Source: Candidatus Heimdallarchaeota archaeon
Lineage (GTDB): Archaea > Asgardarchaeota > Heimdallarchaeia > Heimdallarchaeales > Heimdallarchaeaceae
Reading direction: 5' to 3'
DNA length: 64,000 bases
NCBI GenBank assembly: GCA_018238545.1
Contig: JABCTC010000003.1
Span: forward strand, 32,001-96,000
Part shown: positions 20,060-28,320 of the stretch, piece by piece
Layout of the letters: every line of letters begins with the position of its first letter
How positions within the stretch are numbered: the stretch's first letter is position 1
Made by a program: the position numbers and the translations under genes
The notes under the pieces: model-generated
The model's database searches: none
The model's input: the letters and a program-made list of their open reading frames with translations, nothing else
Told to the model about the DNA's origin: nothing

Positions 20060-21465
20060 GTTCAGATTGCAAATTCATTATTAGTAATTCAACAGTTTTA
20101 CCTGCTATTGAGAGAACTGCTTCTTTTGACAAGGATATTCTAGTTCGAGAGATATACAGTTGGGCCAGAGAAACATTTGACCTCAAACGAGGGTCATATG
20201 TACTATTTTTAAGAAGCTTCAAGAAATGGCACAAACTTGAGCCTACAAGAAAATTATCTAGATACAATCTACAAAAAGATACCATGAGTATTAGTGTAAA
20301 AAACACAGTTTCAATCGACAAACTAAAAATCGTTAGAGAAGAATTGAAACATCTAACTGAATACTTGATGCCTTTCGGTGTTACTCACGTAGCAACTAAA
20401 AATTCTCAAGAAACAAACAATCTTCTTGTAGAATATTCTTTAGATTTCCTAAATCAAGCAATGTTATCACCTAATGATGCATCTTTTCAGATTCCATCTA
20501 GAGCTGGTACAAATGTAGGTTTTGATGAGGATCAAGAATTAGTTCTTATTGGTCGTCAAATGATTGATAGACAATTTAGAAATTTAGCTTCAGTTAGTTC
20601 TGTCGAACAAATGACCATTGTTATGAAACTTATTCATGATATTCTATCCAGAGATATTCACAGTACTAAAAGAGATATATTTTACATGAATGTAAATGCA
20701 TTTGATAAACAGTCTGTCTCTGATTCTCTCATAGAAGATGTTGGCGCAATGTTACAGGTTACTCGTTCATCTTTGAATATTAGTGCTTCTTCTAAAGGTA
20801 TTGTTGTTGGGAGGATTAGTTTCAAAGAAAAAGGAGATCTCATAAATTGCCGTGCAATAGGGGCTGGCAAAGCTATTTCCCCTAATATTGATGATATAGA
20901 AAACATGGAAACTGATGCAGAGATGTGTTTAGTTATTGAGAAGGATGCTGTCTTCAATAGGCTAGCTGAGGATCAATTCTATGATTATGTCCCAAGTATC
21001 CTTGTAACAGCAAAAGGTCAACCAGATATAGCTACAAGACAATTTTTGAAGAAGATAAACGATGATCTCAATCTACCTATATTTGCTGTAATGGATGCTG
21101 ATCCTTATGGGTTCGAAATTATGAGAGTATATAGTGTAGGGAGCAAAGCATTGAGTTTTGAATCAAGTCATTTAGCTGTTCCCAGCATTAAATGGTTAGG
21201 TTTACTACCTAGTGATCTCGCTCCTGAAAGTGGATTTGATATTCCGAGAAGTGCTTTAATTAAAATGACTTCCAAAGATCTTCATCGATCTAAACTGATG
21301 CTAGATGAGGAATTTGTTAAAAGAAAGCCAAAATGGAAAGAACAACTAGAAATACAAATAGCAACTGGTTTAAAAGCTGAAATACAGGCTCTTAACGCAA
21401 GAGATCCACAATATATTACCAATTTTTATCTTCCACAAAAAATCGAGGCTGGAGATTTTATCTAA
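20056..21465 (+). CDS. top6A: DNA topoisomerase VI subunit A (Spo11 family) with N-terminal ubiquitin-like domain
   Basis: TKRDIFY (catalytic Tyr), IEKDAVF, TAKGQPD, MDADPYG TOPRIM motifs, KAEIQAL. ATGA overlap with top6B and GGTGA SD. The N-terminal ~80 aa contain LEPTRKLSRYNLQKDT (ubiquitin: LEDGRTLSDYNIQKES). Confidence 0.95.
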   Translation: MSSDCKFIISNSTVLPAIERTASFDKDILVREIYSWARETFDLKRGSYVLFLRSFKKWHKLEPTRKLSRYNLQKDTMSISVKNTVSIDKLKIVREELKHLTEYLMPFGVTHVATKNSQETNNLLVEYSLDFLNQAMLSPNDASFQIPSRAGTNVGFDEDQELVLIGRQMIDRQFRNLASVSSVEQMTIVMKLIHDILSRDIHSTKRDIFYMNVNAFDKQSVSDSLIEDVGAMLQVTRSSLNISASSKGIVVGRISFKEKGDLINCRAIGAGKAISPNIDDIENMETDAEMCLVIEKDAVFNRLAEDQFYDYVPSILVTAKGQPDIATRQFLKKINDDLNLPIFAVMDADPYGFEIMRVYSVGSKALSFESSHLAVPSIKWLGLLPSDLAPESGFDIPRSALIKMTSKDLHRSKLMLDEEFVKRKPKWKEQLEIQIATGLKAEIQALNARDPQYITNFYLPQKIEAGDFI

Positions 21466-21525
21466 AATTATGTAAACTAATAGGATAAAAATTATAGGAA
21501 AAAATTAGTGACTTAAAATCCCTAA

Positions 21526-22032
21526 TTATCCCTTTAGAAGTACAATCTCAATTGTGGAAACTGTTTTTGGACCGTATCCTTCTATATCGCTTGGTAATTC
21601 TTCAGATCCTATAACCACTTTATCTATTACTACACTATCTTGTAGAAATTTTCTGCGAGCAATTTCAGCAACATCAACTGCTTTAGAGATTTGTCTCCCG
21701 CGGGCTTGAATTGCGCATTTATCGCGTTTATTTAATATAGTAACTGCAACTAAAACATAACTAATTGTTGGTTTTTTTCCAATGTAAATAATATGACTCT
21801 GCTCTCTGTATTCAGTTTTAGGTTTAGGTTTAGGGGTTTCTTTGGGAGCTTCCTCTTTGACTTCCTCTCTGACTTCCTCTCTGACTTCCTCTCTGACTTC
21901 CTCTCTGACTTCCTCTCTGACTTCCTCTCTGACTTCCTCTTTGACTTCCTCTTTGACTTCCTCTTTGACTTCCTCTTTGACTTCCTCTTTGACTTCCTCT
22001 TTGACTTCTTCCTTAGCTACTTTCTTACTCAT
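21526..22032 (-). CDS. albA: Alba chromatin protein with N-terminal acidic EEV[KR] repeat extension
   Basis: IYIGKKP..SYV, IQARGRQISKAVDVAEI, IGSEEL, VSTIEIVL. ATG at 22032 is preceded by an AGGTG SD. Confidence 0.93.
   Translation of the reverse strand: MSKKVAKEEVKEEVKEEVKEEVKEEVKEEVKEEVREEVREEVREEVREEVREEVREEVKEEAPKETPKPKPKTEYREQSHIIYIGKKPTISYVLVAVTILNKRDKCAIQARGRQISKAVDVAEIARRKFLQDSVVIDKVVIGSEELPSDIEGYGPKTVSTIEIVLLKG
21856..22011 (-). repeat. 12-bp tandem repeat GAGGAAGTCA[A/G]A x13 encoding (EEVK)6(EEVR)6(EEVK)
   Basis: Read directly; two homogeneous blocks differing at one base. Confidence 0.97.
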
Positions 22033-22204
22033 GAACATCACCTATTTTTCTTTTGTCTGTCAAATGTTTCAGTATAAGTAGTATCAAAAAGGTATTGCAA
22101 CGTTAAAAATATTTCCTATTACATTTGTGACAGAAAAGAACAGATAAATACATTAAAGTAGACTACATTACGGGTTTGATATCACCAAAGGATGTTTAAT
22201 AGAT

Positions 22205-24001
22205 TTGAAGCCTCAACGTTTACTAATTGATTCTTTAATAATTGTGCTAAGCATATCATTGCTTACTGCCCTTTCTACTACATTTAGGTGGTTTTTACCC
22301 CTCTATGAAAGTTACATTATAATCTTATATATTTTCGTTGGGATAGGTTTTATCATCTATGGGTGGTTATTAAGACGATGGTTTATTAAGAAGAATCTTG
22401 ATGAGAAAGATGGTTCATTAATACATTTACTGAAGATAATTCTACCAGTATTTAGTTTAATATTGATTTTTACCTTAGTAATTGGTTTATCAAGTCTATC
22501 AGAGATTATTCTCCTTTCAATGATATCTAGTTATTTGCTAAGTATATTTCAAATCTTCATAATATCGATTCTAGTTGGGATTTTCGCGTTTACTTTTATC
22601 GAGAATAATTTAGGAATTCTTCTTTTCAAAGAACCGGTTGCAGAACAAGAAACCGAACTGGGTTTTGGTTTAATGAGAAAACAGCTAAAAAATCTCATGG
22701 ACAAACAATGGAAATATGGTATGATTATTCTTTGGCTTTCTATTATGATTGCAAACATGCTGGTTTTTTTTGTATATCCATCTATACCTTCAAGTGATGT
22801 GGCATTTGGACTACAAAGTCTACATTTTAGTTTTCCAAATATTGCGTTTACATTTAATCCAGAAACAGGCTTTTATCAAGAATTTTTTTCTAGTGTTGCT
22901 CTCCCCTCATCAGCATTGCTAAACTGGAAGTTAATTCAATCTCTCATCAGTCTTACTTTTCTAGGCTTGCTTGTAATGCTAATATATCTACCTCATTCAA
23001 AGCTCCTAATGAACAAAAAGAAGGTTGATGAAAATACAAACAATATAGAGAAAATTCAAGAAAGTGATGAGAAAATAGTTGCTGTTGTAACTTCTTTAAC
23101 CGCTCCTGAAATTATTGAGCACTTTGATGATATAGACCCTGAAATTCTTGCTTATAAAATTCTGTCTCCATTGTCTACAAAAGAATACTTGCCTTCAAAT
23201 ATAATAAATCCTAAACCAAGGAGAAAGTTCTCTAAACTAATAAACAGAATGAAGAATAGTGATGTTATCCCAGTTATGAATTTAGCGAGCTTAAATCTTG
23301 TTGTTGCGGTTTATATAGTTAGTTTATTTCAAAGATTGGGAATAATAACAATTATTGTAAATGATCTGTATCAAGATTCATATGCTCAATTAACACATCT
23401 TTACTGGGCTGGTTTGGCCGAAGAAATATCTTATCGTTTTCTTATTTTTGGTGTCCCATTGTTTATCATCTATGGAGTAGTTTTTCTATTTATTTTCATT
23501 TTAAAGAAGACATTAATCAAAGAGAAGAAAGATGAAGATCTTTCAAGATTTGCATTATGGGTTAAGTCTAGAACACCTATAAACCCCTTACTTTATTTGA
23601 GTGGAAGATGGAAAAAACTGAGGATTCTTGACATTATGTTACTATTATTATCGTCATTTGGTTTTGGTTATGCTCACTACCAGTTTAGCCCAGATTACTG
23701 GGGTACATGGAAAATATTTCAAGCTGGTGTAGCTGGACTTATTTTTGGCTATGCTTTCTGCAAATACGGATTACACGCTGCAATAATTTTACATACAATT
23801 AATGATTTTGTCATAGGAATGATTGTAACTCCTAATCTTGGACTTTTGTTAGATGGTGGTATTCTATTTATGGTTATTATTTTTGCTGGAACGTTAGTTT
23901 TACTAAGTTTAGTGGCAAAGGCACTAACAGTATCTTTTAAATTCATAAATACAACATTAAAAAGAACTCAACCAATTACTGATACCTCTAAACAAAAGTG
24001 A
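22205..24001 (+). CDS. Multi-TM CPBP (Abi/Rce1-like, CAAX protease type II) intramembrane glutamic peptidase
   Basis: AGLAEEISYR (EExxxR), FGYAHY (FxxxH), AAIILHTIND (HxxxN). Many hydrophobic helices. Confidence 0.85.
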   Translation: MKPQRLLIDSLIIVLSISLLTALSTTFRWFLPLYESYIIILYIFVGIGFIIYGWLLRRWFIKKNLDEKDGSLIHLLKIILPVFSLILIFTLVIGLSSLSEIILLSMISSYLLSIFQIFIISILVGIFAFTFIENNLGILLFKEPVAEQETELGFGLMRKQLKNLMDKQWKYGMIILWLSIMIANMLVFFVYPSIPSSDVAFGLQSLHFSFPNIAFTFNPETGFYQEFFSSVALPSSALLNWKLIQSLISLTFLGLLVMLIYLPHSKLLMNKKKVDENTNNIEKIQESDEKIVAVVTSLTAPEIIEHFDDIDPEILAYKILSPLSTKEYLPSNIINPKPRRKFSKLINRMKNSDVIPVMNLASLNLVVAVYIVSLFQRLGIITIIVNDLYQDSYAQLTHLYWAGLAEEISYRFLIFGVPLFIIYGVVFLFIFILKKTLIKEKKDEDLSRFALWVKSRTPINPLLYLSGRWKKLRILDIMLLLLSSFGFGYAHYQFSPDYWGTWKIFQAGVAGLIFGYAFCKYGLHAAIILHTINDFVIGMIVTPNLGLLLDGGILFMVIIFAGTLVLLSLVAKALTVSFKFINTTLKRTQPITDTSKQK

Positions 24002-24006
24002 AGAAC

Positions 24007-24591
24007 ATGAGCTATGGACAAAAATTATTCCTTAAAGTAATTTTAGCTGGAGAAGCGGAAGTAGGAAAAACAAGTTTAAGACGTTCATATCTTGGAGAAG
24101 GATTTGTCAAAAACCATCTTCAAACAATCGGTGCTGATTTTGCTTCATTACCAAAAACAATCAAAGATTATAACGTTCTTTTTCAGATCTGGGACGTAGC
24201 AGGACAAGATATTTTTGAAAACGTCAGGATGATGTACTATAAGGGGACTCTTGGAGCTCTAATGGTATTTGATGCTACAAAGATTGCTACATTTAGAACA
24301 TTAGATCGTTGGATAAAAGAGCTTGAGAAAGGTACAGAAAGAGGGATTGTTCCATTCTTTATACTTGGTAATAAGATGGATTTAGTTACTTCTGCAAAAA
24401 AAACCAAGCTAAAAGCAGAAGTCACTAAGTATATAGCTGCATTAAACAAGAAGTATTCTGATAAGGGATTCACCGTAGAGTATATTGAAACCTCTGCAAA
24501 AACAGGTGAGAATGTCCATTCAGCTTTTGAGCAATTAGGTGTTAAAATTATAGATTACATTCAGCATAGAAAGAAGATGAGGGGGAAATAA
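24007..24591 (+). CDS. Rab/Ras-like small GTPase
   Basis: G1 GEAEVGKTS, G2 TIG, G3 WDVAGQ, YYKG, G4 NKMD, G5 ETSAK. The ORF track also allows a GTG start at 23998 overlapping the CPBP stop. Confidence 0.93.
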   Translation: MSYGQKLFLKVILAGEAEVGKTSLRRSYLGEGFVKNHLQTIGADFASLPKTIKDYNVLFQIWDVAGQDIFENVRMMYYKGTLGALMVFDATKIATFRTLDRWIKELEKGTERGIVPFFILGNKMDLVTSAKKTKLKAEVTKYIAALNKKYSDKGFTVEYIETSAKTGENVHSAFEQLGVKIIDYIQHRKKMRGK

Positions 24592-24592
24592 A

Positions 24593-26947
24593 TTGAGTTT
24601 AGAGGAAATTAGAAACCTCATAATAGCTGATAAAAGCAATGAAATTAGACTTAATAACATCAAAGTCTATCAGCATTTAATAAAATTACTTAAGGATACG
24701 GAAGATTATATTAGAAAAAAAACTACTTCAATTATATTTAATTCTGATTTTGTTCCAACAGAGAAAATTATTGAGGAATATCTAAGTGATCCTGACCCCT
24801 TACTTAAGGACATAATTGTCAACAAGTTTCATTTTTTTGTTCCAATTTTATCGAAATATCTTGTTCAAGATAGAAGTTTCAAACCAATTTCAGAAATTAT
24901 CAATTCAATGAAAACTAAAACTCTGCACGATGCAATAGCGAAAGCCTACAAAATTACACCCGTGCTAGCATCTTTAACAGAGCTATCAATTAGAATATGT
25001 CATTCTTCACTAGCTCAACAAGAAGCAACAGTTATTTCTTTTCATTTAATTACTGAACATGCAAAAGAGGTTAAAAGAATACTTATTTTCGGATTCAAGC
25101 AAGTAGAACCAATCTATGCAGAACTTGTTTTGCTAACAGTCACTTTGTTTCCAGAATTAGCCACTTTAATAGAAAAACAAATACGCGATGTTGTAGTGAA
25201 ATCTAATTCAGAGGAACAAATAAAATATGCATCAATTGCTCTTATGAACCTGCAAGATCCTAAAAATGCAGACGTGCTAATCACAAGACTCGCAAATAAA
25301 GAAGATTCTCTTGACACAAAATTATCGATTATAGAATCACTTGGAAACTTAGGTAATCAAAAAGCTAGTCAAGTATTAATTAATCAATTCTCTAAAAATG
25401 ATACTCTTGCATATTATTCAACTCGATCTCTTGCAATGCTTGGAGATAGTGTTCTACCTTTGCTCATAAAAGAGCTAGAGCATGATAGCAAAGTTCCTTA
25501 CATTATTGAAACTATGAAGCGCATTGGTGATACTAGTTACGATTATTTAATGTACGCTCTCAATAAAGGAAAAGGTAACGTTCGAAAAAATGCAGCTCAA
25601 TGTCTTACACTTGTCATGAGCCAGAAGTATGGATATGAAGGTGCAATACGCTTACTTACTACTCAGCTCGCAGGAAAAAACACAGCAATTGTGGAATCAG
25701 TTACTCAAGCGCTGTTAACCTTAGGTACTCCATCGATTAGGGTGTTAATCGAAGAGTTGGCAGATGATGACCTAAAACTAAGGAAAAATGCAACTGAGGT
25801 TTTACAATATTTTGGTCACAATAATATAGAACTCACATTAGATGGTTTATTGGAAACTGACATTACGCTTGGAGTGAAACTTGGTATTATCCTTTACATG
25901 TATTATCCAAATGATGAAATGCAAAAATTAGGTTATGGTTTTGCTATTACCAAGAACAAGATACGGGATAAAGACGACGTAACATATGAACTGATTTTAA
26001 AAGGTTTGAAGGAACTCGATCCAGATATCCGCGAAAAATCATGTGAATTACTTTATTACTTTGGAACAAAAGCAGTGCCAACACTTTCTTCAGTTTTATC
26101 TGATCCCAACATACATGTTAGACGGAAAGCTGTAGGGTCTCTTCGGAAACTAAAAAATAAACGTGCTCTTATCACCTTAATCAAAGGTGCTAAAGATAAC
26201 GATGATATAATTGCAGAAATATCAACACGAGCACTGGGAGAACTGAAAGATCCTGGCGTGATTGATGTAATAGTTAACAATATGAAGCGTTCAAAAACTT
26301 TAGTCAGGGATGCCGCTGTATATGCCGCAACACAAATAGGTTCCCCTATAGCAAAGAAACTTTCAGCTCAGCTTAACGCGAATAATCAGTACTTAGTTAA
26401 AGCAACGATAACTGCTTTGAGTAAAATGGATTGTAAAACACTGAAAGATATGTTATCTAATTTGCAAAATGCTGATGAACGTTGGTTTTCAAATATGAAG
26501 AAAGTTGTCCAAAAGATGGGTCCTTCAGCTGCCCCTACCCTACAATCTTTGCATAAAAAGGCAAAAAATGAAAAAGCTAACCATCGATTACTCATTTTAC
26601 TTTCACTATGTAAAGATACTACCATAATCCCCAACTTGATTCAATTGATACTTGAAGATAAACAGAAAACTGGTATTGTAGGTCTAAATAATTTTGGAGA
26701 AGATGGATCAGAGAAAATTGCCGAAGTGTTACTAGATGCACCTGCTAAAAACAGAAAATTGTTCGTTGAAAAATCTAAAGGATTAGACGGAGAACTAGCT
26801 GTAGCTTTAGTTTCAGCATTTAAGAAAGAGAAAAAGCTGAAATCTCTTATTAACTCAATGTTGAAAGTTCACAATAGATCAATCAGAAAATACTGTCAAA
26901 CTAAAGAAATGAAACATGAAAATTTCATAGAAAATTACAGAAAATAA
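24593..26947 (+). CDS. HEAT-repeat (alpha-solenoid, PBS-lyase-like) protein
   Basis: Repeats such as LSDPNIHVRRKAVGSLRKL, LADDDLKLRKNATEVL, IESLGNLGNQKASQVLI. Confidence 0.85.
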   Translation: MSLEEIRNLIIADKSNEIRLNNIKVYQHLIKLLKDTEDYIRKKTTSIIFNSDFVPTEKIIEEYLSDPDPLLKDIIVNKFHFFVPILSKYLVQDRSFKPISEIINSMKTKTLHDAIAKAYKITPVLASLTELSIRICHSSLAQQEATVISFHLITEHAKEVKRILIFGFKQVEPIYAELVLLTVTLFPELATLIEKQIRDVVVKSNSEEQIKYASIALMNLQDPKNADVLITRLANKEDSLDTKLSIIESLGNLGNQKASQVLINQFSKNDTLAYYSTRSLAMLGDSVLPLLIKELEHDSKVPYIIETMKRIGDTSYDYLMYALNKGKGNVRKNAAQCLTLVMSQKYGYEGAIRLLTTQLAGKNTAIVESVTQALLTLGTPSIRVLIEELADDDLKLRKNATEVLQYFGHNNIELTLDGLLETDITLGVKLGIILYMYYPNDEMQKLGYGFAITKNKIRDKDDVTYELILKGLKELDPDIREKSCELLYYFGTKAVPTLSSVLSDPNIHVRRKAVGSLRKLKNKRALITLIKGAKDNDDIIAEISTRALGELKDPGVIDVIVNNMKRSKTLVRDAAVYAATQIGSPIAKKLSAQLNANNQYLVKATITALSKMDCKTLKDMLSNLQNADERWFSNMKKVVQKMGPSAAPTLQSLHKKAKNEKANHRLLILLSLCKDTTIIPNLIQLILEDKQKTGIVGLNNFGEDGSEKIAEVLLDAPAKNRKLFVEKSKGLDGELAVALVSAFKKEKKLKSLINSMLKVHNRSIRKYCQTKEMKHENFIENYRK

Positions 26948-26959
26948 TATTGCATCAAA

Positions 26960-28033
26960 TCAGTAATTTATTACTGATTCAGTTGTTATCTTATCTAATG
27001 TCTCTTCCTCTTGTTTTGAAACTAATTTGCTTAAATTACTTGCTAAAACAGGAGCTAAAGAAAATTCATGTTGGAGGGGCAGTAAAAACTGAATAAGTTT
27101 TGTATTGGCATATCTCTTAATACTACTGTCAGAAAGCACAGGATTTTTTACAATTGCAAACATTTCATCAACTATTTCGAGAGTATCCATATGAGGGAAA
27201 ATGGAAGTAAATAATGCTTTAATCTTGCTCGTAGCTTCCTGAGGGTTAAGATCGCTTAATAGTTGAAAAATATGGAAGTAACCAGCTTCTTCTAACCACA
27301 TAGAAGAATTCGTATCTACATCATACAAGCTTATGCGCGGAAATTTTTCAATAATTGGTGTTGATACTTTGAACCCTTTCATCTCTTGATAAGTGCTATT
27401 TGGTAAAAGATCAATTGATGTTGAAATGATGAGATTTCTAGCATTGTACGTATAATCTTTTGTAATAATACTATTGTCTGATTCATCATATTTAATCTCA
27501 CTATTCTCGCTTATTGTGTGGACATTGTTTTCCTCTGCAACTTTCGTATATGTAGCTATAAGACTGTGAATATCAGAACATGTGAATGAATCAAATATTT
27601 CAGTCAAAAAAATATCATTTTCTAGATTTATGAACGAGTAGTTTCTAGCTATATCTTTAGCTGTATAATTGATGTGTTTAATATCCGAATCTTCTATTTT
27701 GGAGAGGATCTTATCCATCAAGTTAATTGACTTCTTAGTTCGGAATAGTAGTGCTAAGGGTTTTTTAGAGAGTTCAAATTGAGATGTGATAGAGTGTAAA
27801 TCTTCTAGCAATAATCCAGATTTTAAATATGCTTTTGCCATCAGTGAACTTTGCAATTCAGTAACTGGAGTTAGGACGCTTGGTGTTAAGAATGAAAACG
27901 TATCTTTCCTATCCTCTCTTTGTAATAATGTTATATCCTCGTTTGGATTGTTTAATGAAATATAATAGGCAAGAGCTGATGCAGATAATCCATCTCCTTC
28001 AATTAGAATATCTGTGCTATACTTTTCATGCAT
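26960..28033 (-). CDS. FAD-dependent oxidoreductase-fold protein (DAO/sarcosine oxidase-like), degenerate
   Basis: DILIEGDGLSASALAYYIS (Rossmann GxGxxG degenerated to GDGLSA). C-terminal HEFSLAPVLASNLSKLV (~GHGFKLAPAVGELLA). Confidence 0.6.
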   Translation of the reverse strand: MHEKYSTDILIEGDGLSASALAYYISLNNPNEDITLLQREDRKDTFSFLTPSVLTPVTELQSSLMAKAYLKSGLLLEDLHSITSQFELSKKPLALLFRTKKSINLMDKILSKIEDSDIKHINYTAKDIARNYSFINLENDIFLTEIFDSFTCSDIHSLIATYTKVAEENNVHTISENSEIKYDESDNSIITKDYTYNARNLIISTSIDLLPNSTYQEMKGFKVSTPIIEKFPRISLYDVDTNSSMWLEEAGYFHIFQLLSDLNPQEATSKIKALFTSIFPHMDTLEIVDEMFAIVKNPVLSDSSIKRYANTKLIQFLLPLQHEFSLAPVLASNLSKLVSKQEEETLDKITTESVINY

Positions 28034-28083
28034 AAGGTAAGAATAAGGAATACCTATATAAATTTAGAACATTATCTACTGAC

Positions 28084-28320
28084 ATGAGTTATTTTTCCCA
28101 CTTTCCCCATAGTGAGGAAGGTGGAGAGCAATTTTGAGGACTCTTCCCAACCCAAGAACGTACAAGGTAGCATCGCAGCAAGCAGTAGCGTAAGGGGGTT
28201 CAAGCTCTGGAATTACACCTCCAACACACAGTGTTAGCGGAGGTGAACGGGTTCATCTCCTCTCCGGGACTCATTTCTGGAGGCAATGTTGTTGAGCACC
28301 TTAGGTACTCACTCCAGCTC
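28084..28320 (-). ncRNA. Putative omega-RNA scaffold of TnpB copy 2 (guide would be the flank, reverse complement of ~28064-28083)
   Basis: Conserved with 820-1056, with compensatory changes in stems (CACCTCC...GGAGGTG vs CACCTTC...GAAGGTG). Confidence 0.7.

Noticed and set aside
21793-22081. Plus-strand ORFs (FLSD/SSLT repeats) and a CRISPR-like look of the repeat
   Set aside because: These are antisense readings of the 12-bp Alba repeat. There are no spacers, so it is not a CRISPR array.
24007-24591. Prenylated CAAX substrate of the adjacent CPBP protease
   Set aside because: Neither Rab-like GTPase has a C-terminal cysteine.
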